Shown piece by piece: positions 46,866 through 56,530 of a stretch of DNA of 64,000 bases (position 1 is the stretch's first letter; each line of letters starts with the position of its first letter). The DNA lies in the NCBI GenBank assembly GCA_049695115.1, contig JBAVRP010000070.1:63-64062 (forward strand), given 5' to 3'. The notes below the pieces were generated by a model. That model was not told the DNA's origin. It worked only from the letters and a program-made list of their open reading frames with translations, and did no database searches. The stretch comes from Burkholderiales bacterium (GTDB lineage: Bacteria; Pseudomonadota; Gammaproteobacteria; Burkholderiales; JBEEJL01). The translations under genes and the position numbers were made by a program.

Positions 46866-47325
46866 CGATTTAGTCCTCTATCAGCCGGAAATCCCCGGCA
46901 ACACCGGCAACATCATCCGTCTGTGCGCCAACACCGGCGTAGGTTTGCATTTAGTGAAACCGTTAGGATTCGACCTCGAAGACAAACAAATGAAACGCGC
47001 CGGCTTGGATTACCGCGAATACGCCGATTTGGAATTGCATGAAGATTGGCCGGCATGTGTCGCGTATTTTTCGGGTAGAAGAATGTTCGCCGTCACCACC
47101 AAAGGTGCGACGCGTTACAGCGATGTGCAATTCAAAATCGATGACGTGTTTGTGCTCGGGCCGGAAACGCGCGGATTACCGCCGGAAATTATCCAGAGTT
47201 TTCCGCCGGAGCAACGCTTGCGTATGCCCATGCAAGCGCAAAGCCGCAGCCTGAATTTATCCAATACCGCTGCGGTCTTGGTTTATGAGGCATGGCGGCA
47301 AATAAAATTTAGCGGCGGCGTCTAA
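46858..47325 (+). CDS. trmL: tRNA (cytidine/uridine34-2'-O)-methyltransferase
   Basis: 155 aa. SPOUT motifs EIPGNTGNIIRLCANTG and LNLSNTAAVLVYEAWRQ. Confidence 0.92.
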   Translation: MSYDLVLYQPEIPGNTGNIIRLCANTGVGLHLVKPLGFDLEDKQMKRAGLDYREYADLELHEDWPACVAYFSGRRMFAVTTKGATRYSDVQFKIDDVFVLGPETRGLPPEIIQSFPPEQRLRMPMQAQSRSLNLSNTAAVLVYEAWRQIKFSGGV

Positions 47326-47369
47326 CTGGATGCACTACGTACGATGAACCGCAAGCATCGGCAAAAAAA

Positions 47370-48359
47370 TCAGCGCAACGCTTCCGGTTTGGCGTCGCGC
47401 GAGAGCAGGGCGTCGAGGGCGGCGGCAGGCTCAGCCGTGCCTTCAAGAACGCGGTTTACCGCTGAAGTAATCGGCATATCGATTTGATATTTTTCCGCCA
47501 GCCGTGCCGCTTCGCGCGCAGTGGACACGCCTTCCGCCACATGGCCGAGATCATGCAGGATTTTTTCCAGCGGTTTGCCTTGCGCCAGTTCCAGGCCGAC
47601 TTTGCGGTTGCGCGACAAATCGCCGGTGCAGGTCAACACCAGATCGCCGAGGCCGGTGAGGCCCATGAAAGTTTCCATGCGCCCGCCAAGCTTGACGCCA
47701 AGGCGCGAAATTTCCGCCAGGCCGCGGGTGATAAGCGCAGCGCGGGCGTTGTAGCCGAGTTGCATGCCGTCGCTGATGCCGGCGGCGATGGCCATGACAT
47801 TTTTCAGTGCGCCGCCAAGTTCGACGCCGACCACATCGGTGCTGGAATACACGCGCAGGCGCGGTCCGTGCAGTTGTTGCGAAATTTTTTGTGCAAAGGA
47901 CGCGTCGCGGGAGGCGAGGGTAAGCGCGGCAGGTTTTCCCTGCGCGACCTCGACGGCAAAGCTGGGGCCGGATAGCACGCCGCAAGTAATATCACCGCAA
48001 ATTTCCGCGACGATTTCATGCGGCAATTTGCTCGTGCCGGCTTCAAAGCCTTTGCACGCCAAAACGATGGGTACCAGGCAGTTTAATTTTTTTATTTGTT
48101 CCAGCGTGGCGCGCAAACCATTGGTCGGCACCACGGACAAAATCAATTCGCATTCGCGTAGCGCGGCAGTGAGATTGGCTTCGATACGAACACTGGCCGG
48201 CAATTTACAGCCGGGGAGATAGCGTTTATTTTCCCGCGTGCTGGAGAGTTGCGTGAGTAGAGTTTCGTCGCGGCCCCATAGCGTGATGCTGTGTTGCTGC
48301 GCCAGGTTGATTGACAGCGCGGTGCCCCATGCGCCTGTGCCGAGGACGGTGATGTTCAC
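47370..48359 (-). CDS. gpsA: NAD(P)H-dependent glycerol-3-phosphate dehydrogenase
   Basis: 329 aa. VLGTGAWGTAL N-terminus, plus GALKNVMAIAAGI and NRKVGLELAQG. Confidence 0.95.
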   Translation of the reverse strand: MNITVLGTGAWGTALSINLAQQHSITLWGRDETLLTQLSSTRENKRYLPGCKLPASVRIEANLTAALRECELILSVVPTNGLRATLEQIKKLNCLVPIVLACKGFEAGTSKLPHEIVAEICGDITCGVLSGPSFAVEVAQGKPAALTLASRDASFAQKISQQLHGPRLRVYSSTDVVGVELGGALKNVMAIAAGISDGMQLGYNARAALITRGLAEISRLGVKLGGRMETFMGLTGLGDLVLTCTGDLSRNRKVGLELAQGKPLEKILHDLGHVAEGVSTAREAARLAEKYQIDMPITSAVNRVLEGTAEPAAALDALLSRDAKPEALR

Positions 48360-48392
48360 GGAAAGATTTTCGGCATGGGCGGAGAATTCAAC

Positions 48393-48836
48393 TTACTGCC
48401 CCCAGATTTGTTCAACTTTCACATAACCCATCTGGCCGTCGCGATGTTTCACTTTCACCCAGCCCTTGGCGGCGGCTTCGAGCGGTTCCAGCACGACGTT
48501 GCGCTCGGCGAGGATCACCATGCCGCTCGCCGCGTCGGGCGCCGCATAGACTTCCGCCTGTGCGGCGATCACTATGACGGTACGTTTGTCGCTCAGATTC
48601 TTCGTCTCCACCCAGCCCATGTCGCCAAGGTAATCGCGCACTTTCACCCAGCCGCTTAACTTGACCATCACTTCAAATGGATAATAACGGCTGGCGACAA
48701 AAATCTTGTTCGCCTTGAGTGATTGCGCGTCGTAAATAACGGCAGGGTTCGCCACCGACATATATTCAGCCGCGCTGATTTTCCCGCCGTAAACCAGCGC
48801 GGAAAAAATCATGGCGGCATGGATAAATCGACGCAT
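48393..48836 (-). CDS. SH3b-domain periplasmic protein
   Basis: 147 aa with a signal peptide. Two repeats have the GWVKV..D..G..GWV/GYV pattern. Confidence 0.7.
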   Translation of the reverse strand: MRRFIHAAMIFSALVYGGKISAAEYMSVANPAVIYDAQSLKANKIFVASRYYPFEVMVKLSGWVKVRDYLGDMGWVETKNLSDKRTVIVIAAQAEVYAAPDAASGMVILAERNVVLEPLEAAAKGWVKVKHRDGQMGYVKVEQIWGQ

Positions 48837-48838
48837 GT

Positions 48839-49291
48839 TTAGTGTTTAGCAGCATGGTCAGCTTGCGACTGTTGCGCCTGGGCCTGATACAGCGCCTCGA
48901 AATTCACCGGATTGAGCAACACCGGCGGGAAGCCGGCGCGGGTCACTAAATCGGAAATGGTTTCGCGCGCGTAAGGGAAAATAATGTTGGGGCAGGCAAT
49001 GTTTAATATTGCCGGCAAGTCGGATTCGGGCACATTGCGAATCTGGAAAATGCCGGCTTGGGATACTTCAGTCAGGAACAAAGTCTTGTCGCCGATTTTC
49101 GCCGTCACCGTCACGGTTAGCACTGCTTCGTAATAACCTTCGTTGATGGGCGATGACGAGTTGTGCAATTGCACGTCGATTTGCGGCGGGTCGCGCTCCA
49201 GAAAAATTTGCGGCGCATGGGGAATTTCCAGCGAGGCGTCTTTGGTATAAAGCTTTTCAATCGAAAAAAGAGGTTGTTTCTCTTCAGCCAT
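48839..49291 (-). CDS. secB: protein-export chaperone SecB
   Basis: 150 aa. F.IEK.Y.KD.S.E.P.AP pattern and [11 protein letters not shown]. Confidence 0.93.
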   Translation of the reverse strand: MAEEKQPLFSIEKLYTKDASLEIPHAPQIFLERDPPQIDVQLHNSSSPINEGYYEAVLTVTVTAKIGDKTLFLTEVSQAGIFQIRNVPESDLPAILNIACPNIIFPYARETISDLVTRAGFPPVLLNPVNFEALYQAQAQQSQADHAAKH

Positions 49292-49301
49292 GATATTTAC
49301 C

Positions 49302-49314
49302 TAAGTTGTTGATT
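49302..49314 (-). repeat. AT-rich junction element core AATCAACAACTTA
   Basis: Lies in the 42-bp grxC/secB spacer. The 15-mer TTGATTATAATTAAT (49309-23) is identical to 6343-6357. Confidence 0.8.
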
Positions 49315-49333
49315 ATAATTAATAATTTATGAA

Positions 49334-49588
49334 CTATTTGAGCAGCGATACAAGCTCGCCGACGTGATCCAATTCCGCCAGTTCTTCGTAGCCGCCGACA
49401 TGACGTTCACCTATATATATCTGCGGTACCGTACGGCGGCCGGTTTTTTGCATCATGATCTGGCGCTCCGTCGGGTCAAGATCGACACGGATTTTTTCAA
49501 TATCGTTTACGCCGCGGGACTTTAACAATTGTTCCGCCCGAACGCAGAACGGACACATGCCAGTAGAATACATTCTTACTTTAGCCAT
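49334..49588 (-). CDS. grxC: glutaredoxin 3
   Basis: The ORF track starts at 49726. I prefer the ATG at 49588 (MAKVRMYSTGMCPFCVRA), giving 84 aa. CPFC active site and TVPQIYIGERHVGG. Confidence 0.93.
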   Translation of the reverse strand: MAKVRMYSTGMCPFCVRAEQLLKSRGVNDIEKIRVDLDPTERQIMMQKTGRRTVPQIYIGERHVGGYEELAELDHVGELVSLLK

Positions 49589-49590
49589 GA

Positions 49591-50022
49591 TTATGCTTTC
49601 GAGCGTTCCAAGGGCAGGCTGGCTTCTTCCCACGCGCCGATGCCGCCGCGCAGGACGTAGATCTTGCTGAACTGATTTTTTTCCAGTATCTGCACGGCTT
49701 TGCCAGAACGGTTGCCCGATTGGCAACTGACTATGACGGGCCTGTCCTTGAATTTTGTCAGTTCATTCAAGCGTCCGTCCAAACCCGAAAGAGGAATATG
49801 GCGCGAATTGGGAATATGCATCAATGCGTATTCGTGGTCTTCGCGAACGTCGAGAACGAGTGCGTTTTCGCGGTTGATGAGATGCGTCGCATCAATCGTG
49901 CCGATTTCCCGCCCGGTGCCAAAACCGCCGCTGAGAATCGGCCATAGCAGCATACCGCCGCTGATGACGAAAATGGCGACCATGAAAATATTATCGATTA
50001 GAAACTGCAGAAACACGGGCAC
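49591..50022 (-). CDS. rhodanese-like sulfurtransferase domain protein with N-terminal TM anchor
   Basis: 143 aa. The active-site loop is CQSGNRS. Confidence 0.88.
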   Translation of the reverse strand: MPVFLQFLIDNIFMVAIFVISGGMLLWPILSGGFGTGREIGTIDATHLINRENALVLDVREDHEYALMHIPNSRHIPLSGLDGRLNELTKFKDRPVIVSCQSGNRSGKAVQILEKNQFSKIYVLRGGIGAWEEASLPLERSKA

Positions 50023-50151
50023 TTTCCTTCATAACGATCTCGAATTGCGCATTTTATCAGATTGGCCCCGTCAAGGCCTACTCACCAAGCGGCGTAAATC
50101 GCTTAGAATAAAGACTCTTTGCGCAGGTTTTCAAAGCTAACAGGCATTTAT

Positions 50152-50901
50152 ATGAAAAAGATCGTATTTATCCGCCACGGCGAAAGTGTCTGGAATAAGG
50201 AAAACCGTTTCACCGGCTGGACTGACGTGGACCTCACCGCCAAAGGCGTCGGGGAGGCCCGCGCTGCCGGACGTATGCTGACAGAAAACGGTTTCACCTT
50301 TGATCTGGCTTACACGTCGGTGTTGAAACGCGCCATTCGCACTTTATGGCTGGTGCTGGAAGAAATGGATTCGATGTGGATTCCCGTCATTCCCGACTGG
50401 CGCCTGAACGAGCGCCATTACGGCGCTCTTCAGGGGCTGAACAAAGCCGAAACCGCGGCGAAGTTCGGCGACCAGAAAGTGCACATCTGGCGTCGCAGCT
50501 ACGACGTTCCGCCCAATCCGTTAACAAAAAATGACGATCGTTATCCCGGTAAAGATCCCCGTTACGCGCATCTCACAGAAAGACAAATACCGCTGACCGA
50601 ATGCTTGAAAGATACCGTCGAGCGCGTCGTGCCGTATTGGGAAAGCGTCGTTGCACCGCAAGTCAAAGCGGGCAAAAGCGTGGTCATTGCCGCGCATGGC
50701 AACTCGCTGCGTGCGTTGATCAAATATCTCGACCACATCGGCGACAACGACATAGTGAATCTCAATATTCCTACTGCCGCGCCGCTGGTGTACGAACTCA
50801 CCGACGATTTGAAACCGATACGCAACTATTATCTCGGCGACCCGGCGGCCATCGAAGCGGCGATAAAAGCGGTGGCGAATCAGGGCAAAGCATTGAAGTG
50901 A
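50152..50901 (+). CDS. gpmA: 2,3-bisphosphoglycerate-dependent phosphoglycerate mutase
   Basis: The ORF track starts at 50119. I prefer the ATG at 50152 ([23 protein letters not shown]). RHGES catalytic motif. Confidence 0.95.
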   Translation: MKKIVFIRHGESVWNKENRFTGWTDVDLTAKGVGEARAAGRMLTENGFTFDLAYTSVLKRAIRTLWLVLEEMDSMWIPVIPDWRLNERHYGALQGLNKAETAAKFGDQKVHIWRRSYDVPPNPLTKNDDRYPGKDPRYAHLTERQIPLTECLKDTVERVVPYWESVVAPQVKAGKSVVIAAHGNSLRALIKYLDHIGDNDIVNLNIPTAAPLVYELTDDLKPIRNYYLGDPAAIEAAIKAVANQGKALK

Positions 50902-52139
50902 TTTTCGTTCAGAGCGCACTCATTTTTCTTATTACGGCTCTTGTGTTGGCAGCCTCGCCCGCCGAAGCCGCGCGCAAAAAACCCCCGCCGAGCGAAGAAC
51001 TCAAAGCCTTGCGCGGGCGCATCAACGAGCTGCAAAAAGACATCGCCAAAAAAGAAAGTTCCAAGTCCGAAGTAGCCGACGATTTGCGCGAGTCGGAAAA
51101 AGAAATTTCCGAAACCAATCGCACTTTATCCGAACTGGCGCTGGAGCTAAAGGAGGCATCAGGCGAACTCGTCGCGCTGCAAGCCAAAACCGGCACGCTC
51201 AAAACCAATGTAGCCAAGCATCAGGCGGACCTGGAAAAAGTCATCAAGAGCCAGTATCAATCCGGCAGCGATGACGCGCTGAAATTATTACTCAACGGGA
51301 AAGACCCGGCGCAAGTGTCGCGCCATATGCACTACTACTCGTATCTCGCTAAAGCGCGCGCTGAATCCATTCAGGGTTTAAAATCCGATATTGCCCAGTT
51401 GAAGCTGGCGGAAAACGACACTCGCGCCACGGCAAAAGAGCTGGCAGATTTGCAAGCGGAAGAAGCGCGGCAAAAAACGAAACTGCTCACCGAGCGGCAA
51501 AAACGCAAAAACCTGCTGGATAAAATCTCCGGCCAGATCAAAACGCAAAAACGCGAAGTCGGTAAATTGAAACAGGATGAGGCGCGAATAACGCAGCTGG
51601 TCGAGCGCTTGGCGAAAATGCTGGCGCAGAAAAAGAAAAAGCCCGCCAAGTCTGCCGCTAAACCGCCTGCACCGGACAACGCCAAACCCGGGGCGCCCGT
51701 TATTCAAAACGACGAAGAACCAGATGATAGTTTCAGGGGAACTACGTTCGCATCATTGCGCGGAAAATTAAAGTTACCGGTAAGGGGGGAACTAGCCAGC
51801 CGCTACGGCAGTCCACGAGAGGGTGGGGGTCTTACCTGGAAAGGCCTATTTATCCGCGCCGCCGAAGGGGCCGCAGTCAAAGCCGTTGCTGAGGGGCGTG
51901 TAGTGTATGCAGATTGGTTGCGCGGCTTCGGCAATTTGATGATACTGGATCATGGCGGCGGCTATATGAGCCTCTATGGAAACAACGAATCCCTGCTGAA
52001 ACATTTGGGCACCAACATCAAGCCCGGCGACACGATAGCCAGCGTGGGAAACAGCGGCGGCAATCCGGAATCGGGCTTATACTTTGAAATAAGGCATCAA
52101 GGCAAAACCCTCGACCCATTACCTTGGGCCGGGCGTTAG
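50898..52139 (+). CDS. envC: murein hydrolase activator EnvC-like (coiled coil plus M23/LytM domain)
   Basis: The 512-aa ORF-track frame overlaps gpmA for 300 nt. I start it at GTG 50898 (GTGA overlap with the gpmA stop), which gives a signal peptide [25 protein letters not shown] long coiled coil precedes the C-terminal M23 fold ([46 protein letters not shown]). Confidence 0.85.
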   Translation: MIFVQSALIFLITALVLAASPAEAARKKPPPSEELKALRGRINELQKDIAKKESSKSEVADDLRESEKEISETNRTLSELALELKEASGELVALQAKTGTLKTNVAKHQADLEKVIKSQYQSGSDDALKLLLNGKDPAQVSRHMHYYSYLAKARAESIQGLKSDIAQLKLAENDTRATAKELADLQAEEARQKTKLLTERQKRKNLLDKISGQIKTQKREVGKLKQDEARITQLVERLAKMLAQKKKKPAKSAAKPPAPDNAKPGAPVIQNDEEPDDSFRGTTFASLRGKLKLPVRGELASRYGSPREGGGLTWKGLFIRAAEGAAVKAVAEGRVVYADWLRGFGNLMILDHGGGYMSLYGNNESLLKHLGTNIKPGDTIASVGNSGGNPESGLYFEIRHQGKTLDPLPWAGR

Positions 52140-52143
52140 TTTG

Positions 52144-52156
52144 TAATTAGTTGATT
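52144..52156 (-). repeat. AT-rich junction element core AATCAACTAATTA
   Basis: Lies in the 40-bp envC/S41 peptidase spacer. Confidence 0.8.
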
Positions 52157-52179
52157 TTATTGAATATTTTGGAGCAGCT

Positions 52180-53643
52180 ATGAGCGGGAAAAACGGCAAT
52201 AAATGGAAACAGGCCAGTCTGATCGGCATTGGCTTAGTGGTAGGCGTGTCCCTCAGCTTGAATTTCACCGCCAGCGCGGAGCGTCGCTCGCCGCTGTTGC
52301 CGCTGCCTTATGAAGACATGCGTGTGTTCAGCGATGTGTTCAACCGCATCAAAACCGATTACGTCGAGCCGGTGGAAGACAAAAAACTGCTCAAAGAAGC
52401 CATCAATGGCATGCTCGCTGGATTGGATCCGCACTCCGCTTATCTTGACAAGGACGCCTACAAAAACCTGAACGAAAGCATGGAAGGCCAGTTCGAAGGC
52501 CTCGGCATACAAGTGGACATGGACGAGACCGGCTTCGTCAAAGTGGTGTCGCCGATTGAAGGCACGCCCGCAGCGCGCGCCGGCATCAAGCCCGGCGATT
52601 ACATTATCAAACTCGACGACACCGCCGTCAAAGGACTCAAGCTCGACGAGGCGGTGAAAAAAATGCGCGGCCCGCGCGGCACCAGCATCACACTGACGGT
52701 GATGCGTAAAACGGAACCCAAGCCGCTGATCATCACGCTCACGCGCGAACCCATCCGCACGCAAAGCGTGATTTCCAAACAAATCGAGCCCGGCTTCGCG
52801 CACATCCGCGTGACGCAATTCCAAAAACCTACCGGCCCTGATCTCGCTGCTGCATTAGAAGACGCGTACAAAAAAAATCCTGGCGGCTTAAAAGGTTTAG
52901 TGTTGGATTTACGTAATGATCCGGGCGGTTTATTGCCGACCGCAATCGGTGTGTCCGCAGCTTTCTTGCCGGAGAATGCCTTGGTTGTCACTTCCGACGG
53001 ACAAGTGGACGACGCCAAAGCCAAATATTTAGCCAACCGCAAATATTATCAGCCGGGTTTCGCCAACGATTACCTCAGTCGCATTCCAGCTGCGGTGAAA
53101 ACCGTGCCGATGGTGGTGTTGGTGAATAACGGCTCGGCGTCTGCCTCGGAAATTGTCGCCGGCGCGTTGCAGGACCACAAGCGCGCTGTGGTGATTGGTA
53201 CGCAAACTTTCGGCAAAGGCTCAGTGCAAACCATCGTGCCGCTGAATGACGAAACCGCCATCAAGCTCACCACCGCGCGTTACTTCACGCCGAATGGCCG
53301 CTCCATCCAAGCCAAAGGCATTACGCCGGATTATCTGGTAGAAGAAGCCAATCCCCGCATCGGCGCGATACGCGAAGCGGATCTTGAGCGTCACTTGAGC
53401 AATCCAGCCGATGGTAAAACTGATCCTGTTGCTGAAGCTGCCGCAAAAGCTATTCGTCTCGAGGCCGCCAAAATAGAGGCCGCGAAAGCTGACGCCGCTA
53501 AGGCAAAAGAAGTCGTAGAAAAAAACCCTGACGGAACCGACAAAGAAAAGCCTGATCTGCAATTGGAACAGGCGATGAATTATTTGAAAGGTCTGCCGGT
53601 GGTTGCCAGCAGCGTTGCGAAAACGAGTAGTTTGGTTAAATAA
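52180..53643 (+). CDS. S41 family carboxy-terminal processing peptidase
   Basis: 487 aa. PDZ domain (GIKPGDYIIKLD) and catalytic region (LDLRNDPGGLL, NNGSASASEIVAGALQD, GTQTFGKGSVQ). Confidence 0.93.
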   Translation: MSGKNGNKWKQASLIGIGLVVGVSLSLNFTASAERRSPLLPLPYEDMRVFSDVFNRIKTDYVEPVEDKKLLKEAINGMLAGLDPHSAYLDKDAYKNLNESMEGQFEGLGIQVDMDETGFVKVVSPIEGTPAARAGIKPGDYIIKLDDTAVKGLKLDEAVKKMRGPRGTSITLTVMRKTEPKPLIITLTREPIRTQSVISKQIEPGFAHIRVTQFQKPTGPDLAAALEDAYKKNPGGLKGLVLDLRNDPGGLLPTAIGVSAAFLPENALVVTSDGQVDDAKAKYLANRKYYQPGFANDYLSRIPAAVKTVPMVVLVNNGSASASEIVAGALQDHKRAVVIGTQTFGKGSVQTIVPLNDETAIKLTTARYFTPNGRSIQAKGITPDYLVEEANPRIGAIREADLERHLSNPADGKTDPVAEAAAKAIRLEAAKIEAAKADAAKAKEVVEKNPDGTDKEKPDLQLEQAMNYLKGLPVVASSVAKTSSLVK

Positions 53644-53674
53644 ATAGTTAATTAAATAAAATAGTTACATAGAG

Positions 53675-53708
53675 CGGCCATGATGATAAATCATGGCCGT
53701 TTTTATTT
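53675..53708 (+). terminator. Rho-independent terminator after the S41 peptidase gene
   Basis: CGGCCATGAtgataaaTCATGGCCG followed by TTTTTATTT. Confidence 0.75.
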
Positions 53709-53729
53709 CACGCCTGCTAAAATACCTAC

Positions 53730-54476
53730 ATGAAAAAAATAATTCTCATCACCGGCGGCAGCCGCGGTATTGGCGCAGCAACCGCAAAACTCGCAGCACA
53801 ACGCGGTTACATCGTTTGCATCAGTTACGTTGCCAATCAGGCTGCGGCTGATGCCGTCGTGAATGACATTATTGCTACAGGTGGTCAAGCGATGGCGATC
53901 CAAGCCGACGTCGCCAGCGAAATTGACGTCGTCAACATGTTTCAGCAAGTCGATCAAACTTTCGGCAAGCTCACCGCGCTGGTCAACAACGCGGGCATAC
54001 TTGAAATGCAAAGCCGTATTGAAGAGATGAGCGCCGCCCGACTTAATAAAATATTCGCCACCAACATCACCGGCTCCTTTATTTGCGCACGAGAAGCAGT
54101 CAAACGCATGTCGAGCAAACACTGCGGTGCAGGTGGTGCGATAGTGAATATGTCGTCCGCCGCATCACGCATCGGCTCGCCCGGCGAATACGTCGATTAC
54201 GCCGCCTCAAAGGGTGCAATCGACACGTTCACTTTAGGACTGTCGAAAGAAGTCGCCGCCGAAGGCATACGCGTCAACGCTGTGCGCCCGGGCGTGATTT
54301 ACACCGACATACACGCCAGCGGAGGCGAACCGGGGCGGGTCGATCGCGTGAAAGATGCCGTGCCGATGAAGCGCGGCGGCACCGCACAAGAAGTCGCGCA
54401 GACGATCATGTGGTTGTTGTCTGACGAGGCGTCGTACACCACGGGTGCGATTGTCGATGTGACGGGCGGTAGATAA
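53730..54476 (+). CDS. short-chain dehydrogenase/reductase
   Basis: 248 aa. TGGSRGIGAA, NNAG and YAASKGA motifs. Confidence 0.9.
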   Translation: MKKIILITGGSRGIGAATAKLAAQRGYIVCISYVANQAAADAVVNDIIATGGQAMAIQADVASEIDVVNMFQQVDQTFGKLTALVNNAGILEMQSRIEEMSAARLNKIFATNITGSFICAREAVKRMSSKHCGAGGAIVNMSSAASRIGSPGEYVDYAASKGAIDTFTLGLSKEVAAEGIRVNAVRPGVIYTDIHASGGEPGRVDRVKDAVPMKRGGTAQEVAQTIMWLLSDEASYTTGAIVDVTGGR

Positions 54477-54530
54477 AATTTTCTGCGTTGGTCTAATCTG
54501 AATTCATTCGCAGCTTTATTTCCGAGCACA

Positions 54531-54570
54531 CTCCTTCCCCCTTGACGGGGGAAGGCTGGGATGGGGGTGA
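54531..54570 (+). repeat. intergenic hairpin repeat, C-rich/G-rich family, copy 1
   Basis: CCTTCCCCCttgacGGGGGAAGG followed by CTGGGATGGGGGTG. Confidence 0.7.
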
Positions 54571-54648
54571 CAATGTTGTGGATCACAAATGGTAAGGTTC
54601 GCGATTGTTTAAATGCTGCTAGGCTTAACAGCGCCAGCCTACGACATC

Positions 54649-54692
54649 ACTTCCCCTCCCCTTCAAGGGGATGGTTAGGGTGGGGATGGGTG
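54649..54692 (+). repeat. intergenic hairpin repeat, C-rich/G-rich family, copy 2
   Basis: CCCCTCCCCTTcaAGGGGATGG followed by TTAGGGTGGGGATGGGTG. Same architecture as copy 1. Confidence 0.65.
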
Positions 54693-54850
54693 TAAGTTGT
54701 TCACTCCAGCCTGTTACTTTTGCGCTCAGACGACCAAAAAAGGCGAACCCGCCGCGCTGCTTTTTTGTTTTTTGTTTTGTTGTCGCTGAAGGGTGAATCG
54801 CCACTTTTCGAGGGATCATTATTGTGTTGTAAATGGAGCGCGCAATTTTC

Positions 54851-54934
54851 GGTGCGCCGTGAGCACGCGTTACGCTCTCATATTCCTCACCACTCGCCGG
54901 AACAAGCCTTACGCGTGCGCACGGCGCACCCTAC
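54851..54934. repeat. REPIN-like inverted pair of GTAGGGTGCGCC...GCGCACGCG REP units
   Basis: GGTGCGCCGTGAGCACGCG lies at 54851-69 (+). Its near-complement CGCGTGCGCACGGCGCACCCTAC lies at 54912-34. The left unit lacks the GTAG head. Confidence 0.7.
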
Positions 54935-55060
54935 TTGACTATGGCGCTAACAGTCTTCATAACAAAATATATAACTATTTGATTGCATGGAATTTTTTTA
55001 ACGAAAAAATAATTCTTCATGCGACACAAGCCAAGCAACAATTTCTGTCAAAATAAAAAC

Positions 55061-55810
55061 ATGAACGATAACCAACTCCTCCGTTATTCCCGTCACATCT
55101 TACTCAACCAACTCGGCATCGAGGCGCAAGAAATTTTACTTGCATCGAAAGCCTTGATCATCGGCGCAGGCGGACTCGGTTCACCTTCCGCTTTATATCT
55201 CGCGTCAGCCGGAGTCGGCACAATAACAATTTGCGACGGCGACACCGTCGATCTCACCAACCTGCAACGGCAAATCGCACATCGCAACGATTCAGTCGGC
55301 ATCAACAAAGCCGTGTCGGCCAAAGCGACGATGCAAACCATCAACCCCGACATCAACATCATCGCGATTGAACGCCGGCTCGAAGGCGACGACTTAGAAA
55401 ATGAAATCAGCAAAGCCGACGTCGTGCTCGATTGCTCCGACAACTTCGCCACGCGCCACGCCATCAACCGCGCCTGCGTAAAATATCGCAAGCCCTTAGT
55501 CTCCGGCGCAGCGATCCGTTTCGACGGCCAAATTTCCGTGTTCGACCTGCGCGACGCAACCAGCCCGTGCTATCACTGCCTGTTCCCCGAACAAGCCGCC
55601 AGCGAAGAAATGCGCTGCGCCGTCATGGGCGTCTTCGCGCCGCTAGTCGGTATCGTCGGCGCGACGCAAGCGGCGGAGGCGATCAAAGTGCTGGCGAAAG
55701 TCGGCGACAGTTTGAACGGAAGATTGTTGCTGCTCGATTCACTCAACATGGAATGGAATAGCATTCAGTTGAGAAAGGATCCGGGCTGTGGGGTTTGTGG
55801 AAAGCATTGA
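55061..55810 (+). CDS. moeB: molybdopterin-synthase adenylyltransferase MoeB (ThiF/E1-like)
   Basis: The ORF track starts at 55019. I prefer the ATG at 55061 (MNDNQLLRYSRHILL). IIGAGGLGS nucleotide loop and CxxC pairs (CYHC, CGVCG). Confidence 0.9.
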   Translation: MNDNQLLRYSRHILLNQLGIEAQEILLASKALIIGAGGLGSPSALYLASAGVGTITICDGDTVDLTNLQRQIAHRNDSVGINKAVSAKATMQTINPDINIIAIERRLEGDDLENEISKADVVLDCSDNFATRHAINRACVKYRKPLVSGAAIRFDGQISVFDLRDATSPCYHCLFPEQAASEEMRCAVMGVFAPLVGIVGATQAAEAIKVLAKVGDSLNGRLLLLDSLNMEWNSIQLRKDPGCGVCGKH

Positions 55811-55891
55811 TATGCTCCGACCGAGATTCGTTTGACCAATTTAATCTAAAAGCAAAATAATTAAAGTTATAGTTAATTAGCGGATATCTAT

Positions 55892-56359
55892 ATGTTAGAA
55901 CTTCCCCAACTTATACTTTTACTAACTGCACTTTTTGCTGGTGGATTGTCGCTACATGTCCATCAGCTTAATGCTTACCGAACTGCCTCGGCAAAATTTC
56001 GAGCTGCTGTACTGACTGCTCTGGAAGGTTTATACCCAGTACCCGCTAATTGGCCTATGGAAGCAGGCCGTATCAATATTATATTGCGCGAGGCTTTCCC
56101 TGCTTTGCAGATCGCTACAGCAGAATTCAAACCATTCGTCCCTTGGTGGCGTAAGCGTTCATTCGAAAATGCTTGGTACATATATCGTCTTGGTAAAGAA
56201 GGGCGAGCAATTGATTTGCAAGATTACTGGCAATATATTCCAACAATTGGATTTGGTATTGAAAACGGTATTCAAGTTAGAAATGACAATACTGCAACAT
56301 ACAAAAATGATTTCAAAACAAATGTTGATCGTCTTCTCAGTCATGCAAAGTCAGTCTGA
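55892..56359 (+). CDS. hypothetical protein, N-terminal TM helix, no recognisable family
   Basis: 155-aa ORF in a visibly AT-richer segment bounded by repeat-rich intergenic DNA. No motif recognised. Confidence 0.5.
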   Translation: MLELPQLILLLTALFAGGLSLHVHQLNAYRTASAKFRAAVLTALEGLYPVPANWPMEAGRINIILREAFPALQIATAEFKPFVPWWRKRSFENAWYIYRLGKEGRAIDLQDYWQYIPTIGFGIENGIQVRNDNTATYKNDFKTNVDRLLSHAKSV

Positions 56360-56395
56360 TTTTTGCTTGTAGTTTCGTAAAGGAAATTTTAGATA

Positions 56396-56489
56396 ATGGT
56401 CTATATTTAATGGGTAGTTTGTCATCGCCAAAAACGCTGGGCTTATCAGCCCAGCCTACGAAAAAATCAAAGTGGATGGTCTATATTTA
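56396..56489. repeat. REP hairpin insert flanked by a perfect 14-bp direct repeat
   Basis: ATGGTCTATATTTA occurs at 56396-409 and 56476-489. Between them, 56436-459 is GCTGGGCTTATCAGCCCAGCCTAC, the complement of the GTAGGCTGGGCTGA.AGC.CAGC unit seen at 23697. Confidence 0.8.
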
Positions 56490-56530
56490 GAGTGCAGTTT
56501 TCATTCACGAATTTTCAAAGGAGGATTCAA

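Noticed and set aside
50601-50897. N-terminal 99 codons of the 512-aa ORF-track frame for the EnvC-like gene.
   Set aside because: This part overlaps the well-supported gpmA gene in another frame. A GTG at 50898, overlapping the gpmA stop, yields a proper signal peptide.
54480-55060. Possible CRISPR array, because several short repeats are clustered here.
   Set aside because: The repeats belong to at least two unrelated families, are irregularly spaced, and occur partly as inverted rather than direct copies. No cas genes are nearby.
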